The notes beneath the pieces were generated by a model, which made no database searches, was not told the DNA's origin, and worked only from the letters and a program-made list of their open reading frames with translations. A program made the position numbers and the translations under genes. Positions 50,370-62,725 of a stretch of DNA of 64,000 bases are shown here, piece after piece. Position 1 is the first letter of the stretch. Each line of letters starts with the position of its first letter. The DNA comes from Raja brachyura (lineage: Eukaryota), in NCBI GenBank assembly GCA_963514005.1, contig OY740807.1:22258001-22322000 (forward strand), written 5' to 3'.

Positions 50370-50685
50370 TTAGTTTAGAGATACAGCAAGAAAAGAGGCC
50401 CTTCAGACCATCACCTCCATGCTGACCATTGATCGCCCATTCACACTAGTTTTATGTTATCCCATTTTCTCATCCACTCCTTACACACTCGGGGCAATTT
50501 ACTGAGGCCAATTAACCTACAAACCTGCACAACTTTGGGACGTGGGAGGAAACTGAAGCACTTGGAGGACACCCACGTGGTCACAGGGGGAACGTTCAAA
50601 CCACACAGACAGCATCTGTGGTCATGATTGAATGCAAGATCAAAGGCGCTGTGAGGCATACCAGCTTTGTCACCGTGCCTCCCTG
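50370..50685 (-). mobile_element. HE1/V-SINE
   Basis: Reverse V core and tail. Confidence 0.8.
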
Positions 50686-51371
50686 TGCATAAGAATTGCT
50701 GGACAGGAAAGGTTGTGTACATGCCTAGTATGAAAGACAGTTAAATGTCAAGAAATGATTAGAATACAAAGATGAAACAATGTAAATAATGAAACTTTGA
50801 AAATAAAGCAGAAAACACTGGGAGTGCTCAGCGGGTCAAACAGCATCTGTGGTGAGAGGAGTTTTTCTAGTTAAAACTGGATTATTGTAGATTGGGGCTT
50901 GATGGTTGTCATTCACTTACAATGGTGTGCTAAAGGGCTTGTTTCCATATCGTGTGATGCAAGGGAGGGGAGTGATATGAAAATAGGGTAATGGAATGTT
51001 GCTTAGACTGAAGATGGATTTGGGTACTGCTCATCAGTTAGTGCTGGTTCCAGTTTTGTTCTCCCGGTAAATTGTTTGGATTTTGAAATATAGACACAAA
51101 AGCTTGCTGGTATTCTCAGGTAAGATCTAAACAGTGAGGAGGATTGAAAAGTGAATCATGAAGGGTTTGGTGAATAATGTTGCTGAGATATAAATGAACG
51201 GAGGGACGTTGTATTCTAAATTTATGATATAAATATAAAAAGGCCAGTGGAAGTAGGTGTTATAAATTAGAGCTAGCAAACAAGAGTGATGAATTAGTGG
51301 TCAATTTACACAACATATTGTGGGCAGAGTGCTAGATTTGATAAGTATCATAAAAGGGGAACTTTTTTTTA

Positions 51372-51670
51372 TGCCCCTGTCCCACTTAGGAAACCTGAAC
51401 GGAAACCTCTGGAGACTTTGCACCCCACCCAAGGTTTCCGTGCGGTTCCCGGAGGTTCCCGGATGTTTTTGTCCTCCGGCAACCACCTTCAACTAGCATC
51501 GCAACCGGTTTCGACTAAAAAATTACCGGTTTTTAAAACGGAAACCACTGTCAACCATTAGGGAGACTCACAAAAACCTTCGGGAACCTCCGGGAACTGC
51601 ACAGAAACCTTGGGTGGGGTGCAAAGTCTCCAGAGGTTTCCGTTCAGGTTTCCTAAGTGGGACAGGGGCA
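51372..51670. mobile_element. 299-bp PIF/Harbinger MITE with about 90-bp TIRs
   Basis: TGCCCCTGTCCCACTTAGGAAACCTGAACGGAAACCTCTGGAGACTTTGCACCCCACCCAAGGTTTC and its exact reverse complement at the right end; TTA/TAA flanks. Confidence 0.92.
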
Positions 51671-52769
51671 TAAGCAATGGCGTGACGCAATTTCCACAGC
51701 AGCGGAGGATTTAACAGAAGTTTGCAAATTGCAATTCTTTTCTGAAGGAACCGTTGGAAAAGACCATTTGCTCTCGTAGGGATCAAAGACTTATTCAAAA
51801 GAGTAAAATGTTGTAAGAAATGTCTTCACCCAATGACCTGTTGGGTCATTGGCTGCTTTGTGATGAGGTATGGTTTAACCAAACAAATGTTGAGAGAGTA
51901 GAGCTGTGCAGTTAGTATGCACAAACATGTTGGACTGAATCATCTGCTTTTTATCTGAGAGTCTATGATTACTGCGAGCAGAATGACTTGGAGAAATCCT
52001 ATAGATTTCCTCTGCCTCAATATTGTCCTACACTTTGGTTTATACATTTCTCCAGCACGCCCGCATTTCTAGAGTACACAAAATGCTGGAGAAACTCAGC
52101 GAGTGCAGCAGCATCTATGGAGCGAAGGAGCACCTGCATTTTAATATTGGTTCTATTGTTATTTTAGATATAATCATTAGAATCAGTGATCCAAATTAAA
52201 TCCATCCTCTTTGAATTCTCTCTACAAGTCATATTGCAGTTTGCTTTTCAGTCATTGCTAGACTCTCTTCAAATCTGTTAAATCAATTGCCAATTCAGAA
52301 TTCTTCCATACTGAGATTATAACTTATTCACAGACATTTACAAATCAATTCTGTTTACTCGCGGTTAACTCTCCTTTCTATGCAATCTGCAGGGATTTCA
52401 CTGTGATCAATATCTCTTTGTGGATTGTGTAATTCCTACAGTAAACATATTCATCTTGCTGCTCCCATTAATTCAAACATAATGTGTGATTATTAGTATT
52501 GAGTGGTGCTTGAAATGGGGATCAAAGGAAGCAGATTTGGAAAAAAATACAAATAAATGGCTTCCTTTGTAAGCAATGTCCTAACTGCTGACATTTACCA
52601 TAAGCCTGAGTGAAAAGTACTTTAGGTTCGATGGTCACCCTTTAATTTTTATTAGTTAAGGTTATATAAGACTTGTCTCTATGAAACTATTCTGCTCCTG
52701 ACAAGCCTGGTCTATTCAGTCTTGGATATCAACACCACTTGATGTATGCAACCCATGATTACTTGGAAT

Positions 52770-53375
52770 TCATAGAACCGCACAGCATTGAAAGGGCCCT
52801 TTCTGCCACCTCATCCATGCTGAACATGATGCTTACCTACACTAATCCCATTTGCCCACATTAAGCCCATATCCCTCTATGCATTTCCTACCTAAAAACC
52901 CGTCCAAACGTCTTTCAAACATTGTAATTGTATCTGGCTCCACCATCTCCTCTGGCAGCTCATTCCATTCCAACCAACAACCTCTGTGTGAAAAACCATA
53001 GATTTCCTTTACATTTCTCCCCTCGCATCTTCAACGTGCCCTCTAATTCTATGCACCACTGCCCTGGGAAAAAGATTCTGATTATCTATCCCAATATATC
53101 TATCTACGTCCCTCATAACCTTTATGTCACTCATAATCATAATTCTACAAACCTCTCTAAGGTCACCCGTAAGCCTCCCATATTCCATTGAAAATAAATT
53201 CCAGCCTATCTAAACTTTCCTTACAATTATGGTCCTCCATTCCAGACACATCCTTCGGAATCTCTTCTGCACTCTCTTTATTGCTACCATTTGTCGTTTG
53301 GCAATTAGAACGGCACCATGTGAAGTCTAACCAATGTTTGTTACAGCTGTAATGTGAAGTCCCAGCTTTCATACA
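52770..53375 (-). mobile_element. Old CR1 3' fragment
   Basis: Reverse CR1 3'UTR and DRLE..F-like C-terminus. Confidence 0.65.
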
Positions 53376-54819
53376 CAATTATTTGTCTATTGATACTCTC
53401 AGTCTTCGGGGAATTCTGTTTTGAGGCCCATGATCTCACTTCATTGAATAAGGACTTCTCAACTTGCCCTGTCATAAAGTCATAGTCATAGAGTCTTACA
53501 GCATGGAAAAAGGCCCTTTGGCCCAACTTGCCCACACTGGCCAACAGGTCCCATCTACACTAGTCCCACCTGCCTATATTTGATCCATATCTCTCTAAAT
53601 CTTTTCTATCCATGTACCTGTCGAAGTGTCTCTTCAACCTTGTGATTGTAACATGTTTCACCCCCAAACATTCCTGAAATCTATTGAACTCAACAACTTA
53701 AGATGCATAGTTTCTACTCTGTTACCAGCATTCCATTGTACTGAGAGATCACAGCAGGGCCGGGCTTCCTGACAGAGGAGGTAGCCCACCAACATGAGGC
53801 CTAGGAGAGGCAATCAAATAGGGGAGCGTTCGCCAATCTCCTTCAAGAAACCTGGCCACCTCTCTTCCCTCGTATCCCTTCAGGAGAGAAGAATCAAAAG
53901 TAAACAGAGAAGGAAAACAGAAAAAAGCTACACAAAGAGTCGCTGCAAATGAACGACTGGTTCTGAGCTAGGTTGTAATATGAGGAATATACTGCAGAAT
54001 AGGAGAAAGGAGCAACACTGCCTCAAGTCAGAAATCCCTTTCAAGCAGGTATGGTTGCTAATGGATACAGCAAGTATTCTCAGATGCCGCCCATTATCCA
54101 CTTGCACAAAAGAACATTGGTTCGGGCAGCAATAGAAGAATTCTCCTGCACAAATTGTGCATAACCCCAGGACACAACCGTTCTCCAGTTGTGATTGTCG
54201 GCCTCAATTAAAAGCCTATGCATAACTTTGTTGAAAAGAATACTTTTTTTTGTGGCAACTACAAAATCTGAATGGTCTAGATTGTGAATCAATTTTGCAA
54301 AATGCTCAGCCTGGGTAATTGCATACATTTGTTGAAGATGGAACTGCCCTCATTGTTGGGGATGTGTTGACTTCAGGTTCACATTCAGATTAATTCATTG
54401 TTATATACACACGGGTGCAATGAAATTCCTTAGTTACATGAAGCTCACAGGGTAAACAGTATACGTAAGTAATGATGAGAACAATAATAAATATAATGAG
54501 TGCAAAACAACAAAATGTGGCAAGATTGTTGTGCAAAATCCGGGTTGTGCAAACGTATATTAAATGGAATGACTGAATACAATAATGGAATGACTGAATA
54601 AATTAAGACATCCATTGTTGGGGATGTGCCTGACTCCATTGAGCAAAAAACACATTTCAGGAGGAACTGAGTGGGTCAGTTAGCATCTGTGGAGGGAAAT
54701 GGACAGGTGATATTTTGGGTCAGAAACCTTCTTCAAATGAATTAGAAGTGATATAGCTGGTAGAGAACGGTAATGGGATGGGTTGGGGAAGGAGCAGATG
54801 GTTTGTGTATCGAGATACA

Positions 54820-55480
54820 GTGTAAAGGTTTTGTTTGCATGCTGACCAGTCAAATCAAATCATACTATACATGAGTACATTTAAGCTATGCACAAGTTCA
54901 ACAAGTAGTGCAAAAAGAAAAATACCAGAGAGCAGAATATAGTTTTATAGAATTGTGGTGTTACAGTTACAGGAAAAAAGTCCAACATCATCAATGAGGT
55001 AGATTGGAAGATCAGAACGACACCCTAGCTTATGGGAGGACCATTCAGTGGTCTGATAACAGAGAGAAAGATGCTGTTCCTGAATCTGGTGGCTTTTCAA
55101 ACATGTGTATTTCTACCCAATGGGAAAAGGAAAAATGGGAAGACATAATTACCGCAGTGAAAAATGTTCTTGATTATCTTGGCTGCTTTCCAGAGGCAAT
55201 GTGAAGTGTAGATGGAGTCAATATTGGGGAGTCTGGTTTGTGTGACGGCCTGGGCTACATCCACAACTCTGCAACTTCCTGCTGTCTTGGGCAGAGCTCT
55301 TCCCAAACCAAGCTGTGATGCAGCCTGATAGTGGTTTGTGTATCGAGATACACCTTTCTGTGGCGCCTCTGTACATTGGGAAAAGTTGTTGGAGACTGAT
55401 GATGAACTTCTGTCTCCTCGTGAAAGTGGATCCTGATGAGGAGTGGTTGATTTGACAAAATAGTTAGGTTGGGGAGAGAG
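54820..55480 (-). mobile_element. Rex-type LINE 3' fragment
   Basis: RVVDVAQAVTQTRLPNIDSIYTSHCLWKAAKII on the minus strand. Confidence 0.75.
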
Positions 55481-57884
55481 GGGGCAGAAGACATAAGGTT
55501 TCAAACGGTGGAATCCAATAAAGAGGAATGTGGGGAGTAAAATGTAGAACCAGAGAGAGGGATGGTGAGGAGATGAGAATGGGGAAGGTGGGAGGAGGAA
55601 TCCATGTTAGATTCCATCATTGGGAATGTGTCGGACACCGTTGTAGGGAATGTGCTGTACATGGCTGGCTTTGTAGAAGTTACTCAGAATGACTGGACAA
55701 GTATTTAGACCATGACTCCAGGGAAAACAGTCCCAGCCTATCCAGCCTCTCCTGATCACAAGGCCAGTTGAGCCTTGTTCTTTCAGTGCAGGATATCACA
55801 GGCCGGAATGGGAGTGGGATGGTGAACAATCTATCTTCCAGACTCAGTATCAAATCCTCCATGTTTGCATATCTCTCTTTATATCTCTCTTTCTGTCCTG
55901 GCAGATGCTGCCTAACCTGATGACTGTTTCCAATATTTTCTCGTGTAGGAAAAAACTGCAGATTCTGGTTTAAGTCGAAGGTAGACGCAAAATGCTGGAG
56001 TAAGTCAGTGGGACAGGCAGCATCTTTGGAGAGAAGGAATGCGTGGCGTTTCGGGTCGAGACCCTTCTTCCAACATTTCCTTTCTATTTCAGATTTCTAA
56101 CATCTGCAGTTTCTTTGTTTTCAATCCAGAGCATTGATTCACTTTTTCTCTTCACAGCTGCTGACTGCCCTGCTGAGTACTTTCAACATTGTCTGCTTTT
56201 TATTTACCTTGCACAGCCTGGCTGCCAGATTTATACACGCAAAAGCCAGGCTTGCAGACTGTGTTTTTGTCAGTGCTGTGCTTTGGATGTAGTTGGATTT
56301 AGCAGATTGATGTTCACTGTGAGTTCAGGCACTGACAGGGAGTGCTCAGTTATTGTTCTTAGTCTATGTTATGGACTCAGTCAAGTCACATCATAGCAGA
56401 AGCAGCATTGTCATGGTGACAGAGATTCACGTTGGGACATGAATCAGGGCAGCTGGCTAGACCCAGGCAGTAGTGGACTACCCAAATACTCGCAGACAGC
56501 GCAATGAAAACACAGATGCATTCCTCTCTGAGTTCGCTTAGTCGACATAGCAAGCTCTCTCAGAGTCTTTTATGATGTCGGTTGTCAAACAGAAAATCTG
56601 ACGACATTGTGGAATCCAATCGTCCAGGGCTTGTACACGTCTCAGTGTTACACACTGCACCATCATTGATAGGGCGGGAAGTAACATTGGGAAAGAGGAA
56701 GGCAAAGAGGGCGTTACTTCAGGGGGAGAAATGCCATGCATTTCCTGTACAAATAGTTTATATCCCCAAAGATGCAGAGCAGCCACTGTAAATGGTAAAT
56801 CAGAGTGATATTTAGATGGGGTGAGCTACTTTTTGGCAGGTTTGATAGCTCTCTTTCCAACCAATATATACCTATTTCAGGGAGATGTTTAATTAGCCAG
56901 GCTTCGTCTTGCCAGGGCAGGATGTTCATTTCCGTATCCACTAATGACGGTGTGGGGTAGGCCGGTCATGTTTTGGCTTCAACCGAGGGTGGGTTTTCAT
57001 TCCAGATTTCACTCGCAGTAATGCAGACACCTGGTAACAGCAGATGGTGGAGCCCTGCTCATCCCGAGGTGCCATTTGTTTTCCTTTGACAGTGCGATCT
57101 GATCAGATTTTTGCATCGCAGGTCCAGAGTCATCTGTGCTGTCAGACGGCATGACTTCACAGGGCAGAGGTGTTTCCCAGAGACAAGCCCTCATTACAAA
57201 CATACTGCTACATAAATTCAAAGGCACCACCCGTGTTTCTGTTCTTTCAAATCAGTACTTAAACTTCCATTGTGACAAGTAGGAAAGACAATTTCATTTA
57301 GGAGCTGAAAACATGTCTTTGGCCTTGTTGGTAACTCACTTAGCATTCAGGATTGCTCCTGGGAAGAAGCGTGCTAATTATATCAGCCTTAAGAGAAGTC
57401 ATTAAGTACCACGTGTTCATTGACCAAGCACCAATGATAGATTGTTTTCACTGGTTGAACGAATGTGAACAACATGGCTTTATTCGTTAGCCTGTCCAGT
57501 TGCATTTGGCCAGCTGATAAACTAAGAAGGTTTGACCACTTTAACTATTTTCTCTTGTTTTCTAGTATTTTATCATCCAAATATATCCCTCCAGGCTGAG
57601 AGATCTATAGTGGATCAGCAATAAGTTGAGATACCAGCAAAAAGACACGAAAATAGTCAGTTAGAACTCAAAACTGAAACGCATCGGGAAGCATCACAGT
57701 TGGTTTGGAAACAGCTCCATCCAAGACCAAGAGATTGCATGGAGTTGTGGACGCAGCCCAGACCATCATGCAAATCTCCCCTTCCATTGATTCCATCTGC
57801 ACTTCATGCTGCCTTGGAAAGGCCACCAGCATAATGAAGGACTAGCCTCACCCAATCACTCCCTCTTCTCCCCTCTCTCTTTAG

Positions 57885-58916
57885 CAGGGACGTGCGGTCA
57901 CGGGAGGCAGGGGAGGCAGAGCCTCACCTGTCATACTCCAATCTAAATAGCTGCTACGAAAAGTAAAGAAGAATAATAAAATAAATATGAATATTTTTCC
58001 ACTGATCTGCGTAATAAATGTAATTTCTGTTTGATTCCAGTCATTTTTTGTAGTCAAAATCGCCAAATTTGCGGAGCTCTGCTGCAAACACAGGGAGAGA
58101 CGAGAGGTGAGGCAGCGACGAGCTGAGCCTCCCCTCTGATTGCGCACAACCTCAGAAACTGGATGGAATGCGGGCAATAAGCGTGTGCCTGTTACTATCT
58201 CTAAGTATGTCACCAATGTAATGTTTGTAGACCCCTTCATTACATGCCCTCACCCTCCATAGTCCAGGTAACTTATTTCACGTATAAAGATATTTAGGCT
58301 CACTGGTCTCGTCATAAAACTGCAATCAAAAAGCACCAGGGGAGGCAGCTATCACATCTGCCTCACTGAGAGGGGCGTGTCTTGAGCCCAGTGGAGGGGG
58401 AGCGAGCGTCAATTACGTAGGCTCAGCCCACGTAATTGACGCTCGCTCTCCCTCCACGATAGCTAGCTCGAGCAAAAAATTTCCATGGGCTGCAAAAATG
58501 GAAAACGTTATATCTAACCTTAAATATTTCTCAAAATTGGACTTTCAATCAAAACAGAGAGTGATAAACACTGGAAGACCAATGCCTGAGCTTAAGGACC
58601 TACTTCAAACGAAGGGACAGAAAATAACATGGTCGTTTCAAATGGTATTTATTTCCATTTGCGTTAAATGAGTATGAATAGTGGAACTGCATTTGGCTAT
58701 AAAACGTGAATCGAATACGTAACTTACCTGTATGCTTGTGTTGTAAAGAATGCTGATATGAAATATGAAACATATGGTCGCCTAACCAATAGTCATTGCG
58801 CAACGTGCCAATTGAACGGTGAATTTAAGCTACCTCTATCGGGTTCATATGTGTGTAAATTTGGCTCTGATATTAGCCTGTGCCTCCCCAGCCATTAACC
58901 TCACTGCACGTCACTG
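57885..58916. mobile_element. 1032-bp non-autonomous hAT (Tip100-like) element inserted in a Rex-type LINE 3' fragment
   Basis: TIRs CAGGGACGTGCGGTCA / reverse CAGTGACGTGCAGTGA; perfect 8-bp TSD CTCTTTAG (57877-57884, 58917-58924). Confidence 0.9.
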
Positions 58917-59654
58917 CTCTTTAGGCAAGTTTCTGTACAGAAGTTTGAAAATGCAGAGTCAGGGACAATTTTCTTCCCAGCTATTATCAGGCAGCTGAAC
59001 TGTCCTCTCACCAACTAGAGAGCTGTCCTGACCTTCTGTCTACATCATTGCAGTACACATCAAAATAGTTGACTGTCAAGTTATTTGGAATGACCAGGCA
59101 ATGGGAAAGGCACAAAGTACATGCCTTCTCCCAAGTTTTCATTTTTTTAAATGAACACCTGATTTCGCCATTCAAACCAGTTTTTGGTTACCTTGAATGC
59201 TATCCGTGTTGAGGAAACTGCACTCAACACAACTATACACTTGTTCAGCTTAACCAGTGGTCCTTACAGGAACTCTTGCAAGCCATCAACAACCAACGGG
59301 CAAGTCTTTGCACTGTACATGTACTGACTGGGTGAGGCTAGTCCTTCGTTATGCTGGTGGCCTTTCCGAGGCAGCATGATGTGCAGATGGAGCCAGAGGT
59401 GAGGAGATGTGGACATCCACCACTCAGTCCCTCCTCCCCAGAAAATTGTTCGCTCCTATGACTCCGATGACTCAGCAGCCCCAGTTCCTAACGTGGTGCA
59501 TGGGGCTCCCAGGATTATTGTGAAATGAATACATAATTTCAAAATAAGAAAGGCCTGCACATGGAGAGTGACTTTCACAGTCTTGGAACGCCACAAAGTG
59601 CTTTTAGCCAAACAAACACATTTAAAATGTAGATATTGTTGTAATATAGGTATA

Positions 59655-60706
59655 ATAGATTAGATTCTTTATTAGATTCTTTATTTGTCATTCAGACCTT
59701 TCGGTCCGAACGAAACTCTGTTTCCCTGCAGTCATACATATAATTAAAAATAAATAAATAAATAAATGACAGAACACACAATAAACACAAATTTAACATC
59801 CACCACAGTGAGTTCACCAAACACCTCCTCACTGTGGTGGAAGGCAAAATCATAAAGTCTGTGTCCCTTCCCGCTTTGTTTCCCTCTGCGCCGAGGTGAC
59901 CCAGGCCTCAGATGCCGCGACCGTACTGGGCGATGGTAAGTCAGTCCCGCGGTGCAACCGAGCTCCACGAATGGGCCGGTTCAACTCCGCGGCCTGGGGG
60001 GTCCATCGAGCCCGTGGTCGGGCCGCTGCAACCGCTCCGGGACAAAGTCGGGTCGCCGCCCCGGGACCGAGTCGGGTTTCCGCCGCCGCTGTCGTCGCCG
60101 CCGCTGCTGGAACCGCTCCGGTAGTCGGGCCGCTGCTGCCGTGGTCGCCGCCGCCGAAACCGCTCCGGGAGTCAGGCCGCTGCTGCCGCGGTCGCCGCTG
60201 CTGAAACCGCTCCGGGAGTCAGGCCGCTGCTGCCGCGGTCGCCGCTGCTGAAACCGCTCCGGGAGTCAGGCCGCTGCTGCCGCGGTCGCCGCTGCTGAAA
60301 CCGCTCCGGGAGTCAGGCCACTGCTGCCGCGGTCGCCGCTGCTGAAACCGCTCCGGGAGTCAGGCCGCTGCTGCCGCGGTCGCCGCTGCTGAAACCGCTC
60401 CGGGAGTCAGGCCGCTGCTGCTGCCGCCGCCGCCGCTGCTGCCGCCGCCGCCGCTGCTGCTGGAACCGCTCCGGGCCCGAGGCCGCCAGCTCCGCCATTA
60501 GGCCTCGGCGCAGACAGAGACGGGGAACACGACATAAAGTCGCACCCCCCCCCCCCAGAAGGAAGAGACCCGGACATGTTACTCCCCCCCACCCACATAC
60601 ACAATCCAACAAAACTTACGAACCCAACCAAAAAACAGGACATAAAAATAAAATAACAGACAGACTGCAGGTGGGCCGCAGCTGTTAACCCAGCGCCGCC
60701 ATCTTG
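59655..60706 (-). mobile_element. GC-rich SINE-like non-autonomous retroelement with internal minisatellite
   Basis: Minus 5' end caagatggcggcgctggg...; LINE-like 3' tail (aataaagaatct)n; shares its 3' motif with 16460 and 42012. Confidence 0.65.
60128..60409. repeat. 47-bp CpG-rich minisatellite, 6 copies
   Basis: GGCCGCTGCTGCCGCGGTCGCCGCTGCTGAAACCGCTCCGGGAGTCA at 60128, 60175, 60222, 60269, 60316 and 60363. Confidence 0.95.
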
Positions 60707-60857
60707 AATATGTTGTATTGTCTTTAATAGTTGTATTGTAGGTATAACCCAACTTGACCAGCAACGTAATAGTAACCAGGTGATCTGTGTTTCAGTAAAG
60801 CTGAGAGATCAGTATTTCCCTCAACACCATGTTGTTATAATAATATGAGAAGGCTTT

Positions 60858-61148
60858 TATTTAGTTTTAGATTTAGAGATACAGCGCGGCATCAGACCCT
60901 TCGGCCCACCGAGTCCATGCCAACCAGCAATCCCCACACACTAATGCCATCCAACACACACTAGGGGCAATTTACAATGATTCCAAGCCAATTAACCTAC
61001 ACACTTGTACGTCTTTTGGAGTGTGGGGGGAAACCAGACATCCCAGAGAAAACCCACGCAGGTCGCGGTGAGCACCCCTCGTCAGGATCGAACCTGGGTC
61101 TCTGGCGCTGTAAGGCATCAATTCTACCGCTGCACAACCGTGCCACCA
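60858..61148 (-). mobile_element. HE1/V-SINE
   Basis: Reverse tRNA-like head, partial V core and (tttag)n tail. Confidence 0.85.
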
Positions 61149-62411
61149 CCGGCTAGATAATGAAAAAGCTTTGGGGTGTCGGAAGGTGAGGCGTTCAATG
61201 CCGGATTCTCAGGCTCTTTACTTGATGCCATGGGATTTATACAGTATGACTGGGTTCCTGGTCAATGCTATTCTTCAGAACGTTGATGGTGGTGAATATG
61301 GTGACGGTACTGCCACTAATGGAAAAGTGTAGTGGGTAAGGTCTCTCTGGGTGGAGATGGCCATTGCCTGACAGTTGTGTGCCGTGGATGTTACTTCCAC
61401 TTAATACGCCACGCCTAAATGGTGTCTAGATCTGGCCACATGCAGGAAAGGACTGCTTCATGTACGGAGGAGCTGCGAATGAAATCAAACTCTGTGCACT
61501 CAGACCCATTTCTGACTTACGATGAGAGGAAGGTCACTGATAAAGTAGCTGATGATGGCCGAGGATCTGCTGCAGTGTTAGATTAGGACTTGTTCCGCTT
61601 GTTGGACTTCCAGCAACTACAACCAACTTCCTTTATTTTCACTTAAATAGCATCTGTTCTACAAGAAATGAGCATTTTGGGAGACCAGAGGGATGGAAGG
61701 GGATGGACTTGCCAGCTGCAACGGCTGCGGACAACTTCTGGCGGGTGGGAACAGGTCATTTCCGCATTATTTCTCCTCCCCTCACACCCCCTGGGCCTCA
61801 ACAACTGGGAGCTGAGTTAGGCCATGCAGAACTGGGAGCACTGAGCAAACCCACGCGGTCACTCCGTGAGCTGGTGAGGCTGGCTGGTGGCCGCTCTACC
61901 TGTGTCTACTAGATCTGCCACCACAGCTGTTTCTGTGATCCTCTCCCACACACTGTTTTTGTTCTTTTCTGACTTACGAATAGCCGGGTTTTTAACAGTC
62001 CTCAGGAAGTGTCATAGCATGGGAGCTGCGTGCACCACTAATTGTCACCATTGATCTCTGTTGCAGATTAACTTCTCCACTGAACAATCATCTGTCAACC
62101 TGTAGTTTGGAGGAGAATACGAACTGTGAACCTTATGATTCTACCCATTGATATCCAGCCAATATTAATTAGTCCAGGACCCAAAGACCAGTCTTAGTGC
62201 ACCCTCTACCAATCTGTAAATTATTAGGGATCAATCTTGTGTCCCAGTTTGCTGTAATATTGCCCCATCCAGCAACTTGCCCTAACTCGGTGAGGGTGAT
62301 TGTCAAAGTCGAACAGGTTGAAGGTTTTCATGGGTATGTTAACTGGTCTTAGTTCTATCTCCTTAAAAATATACGGTAAGACCAGAACAATTATGGATGA
62401 CATTTCTTCTG

Positions 62412-62725
62412 CGGGGGCAGCACTGTGGCACAGAGGTGGAGTTGCTGCCTTATAGAGTTGGAGACATGAGTTTGATCCAGACTACGGATGCTGTCTGTAT
62501 GAAGTTTGTACGTTCACCCTGTGAGTTTCCCCCGGGTACTCTGGTTTCCTCACACATCCCAAAAATGTACAAGTTTGTTGATTATTTGGCTTTGGTAACA
62601 TTGTAAATTGTCCCTATTGCGTAGGATAGTGCTCATGTACGGGGTGATCGCAGGTCGGCGTGGACTCGAGATGCCAATAAACAGAAGGGATGTTTCCACG
62701 TTGCATGTCTAAAGTCTAAAGTAAA
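62412..62725 (+). mobile_element. HE1/V-SINE
   Basis: ggggcagcactgtggcacagaggtggagttgctgcctta head, V core and (tctaaag)n tail. Confidence 0.85.

Noticed and set aside
54080-54328. 82-aa protein-like minus-strand ORF
   Set aside because: No recognisable domain and no convincing splice or promoter context.
54799-55352. 21-bp direct repeat TGGTTTGTGTATCGAGATACA as a LINE TSD
   Set aside because: LINE-like sequence continues beyond the second copy, so it does not delimit a clean insertion.
59896-60643. Ala/Arg/Pro-rich ORFs and an apparent CpG-island promoter
   Set aside because: Explained by the 47-bp minisatellite and GCC/GCT runs inside a retroelement.
62412-62490. tRNA-like sequence with A/B-box-like motifs
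   Set aside because: It is the tRNA-derived head of an HE1 SINE, not a tRNA gene; the same applies to the other SINE heads.
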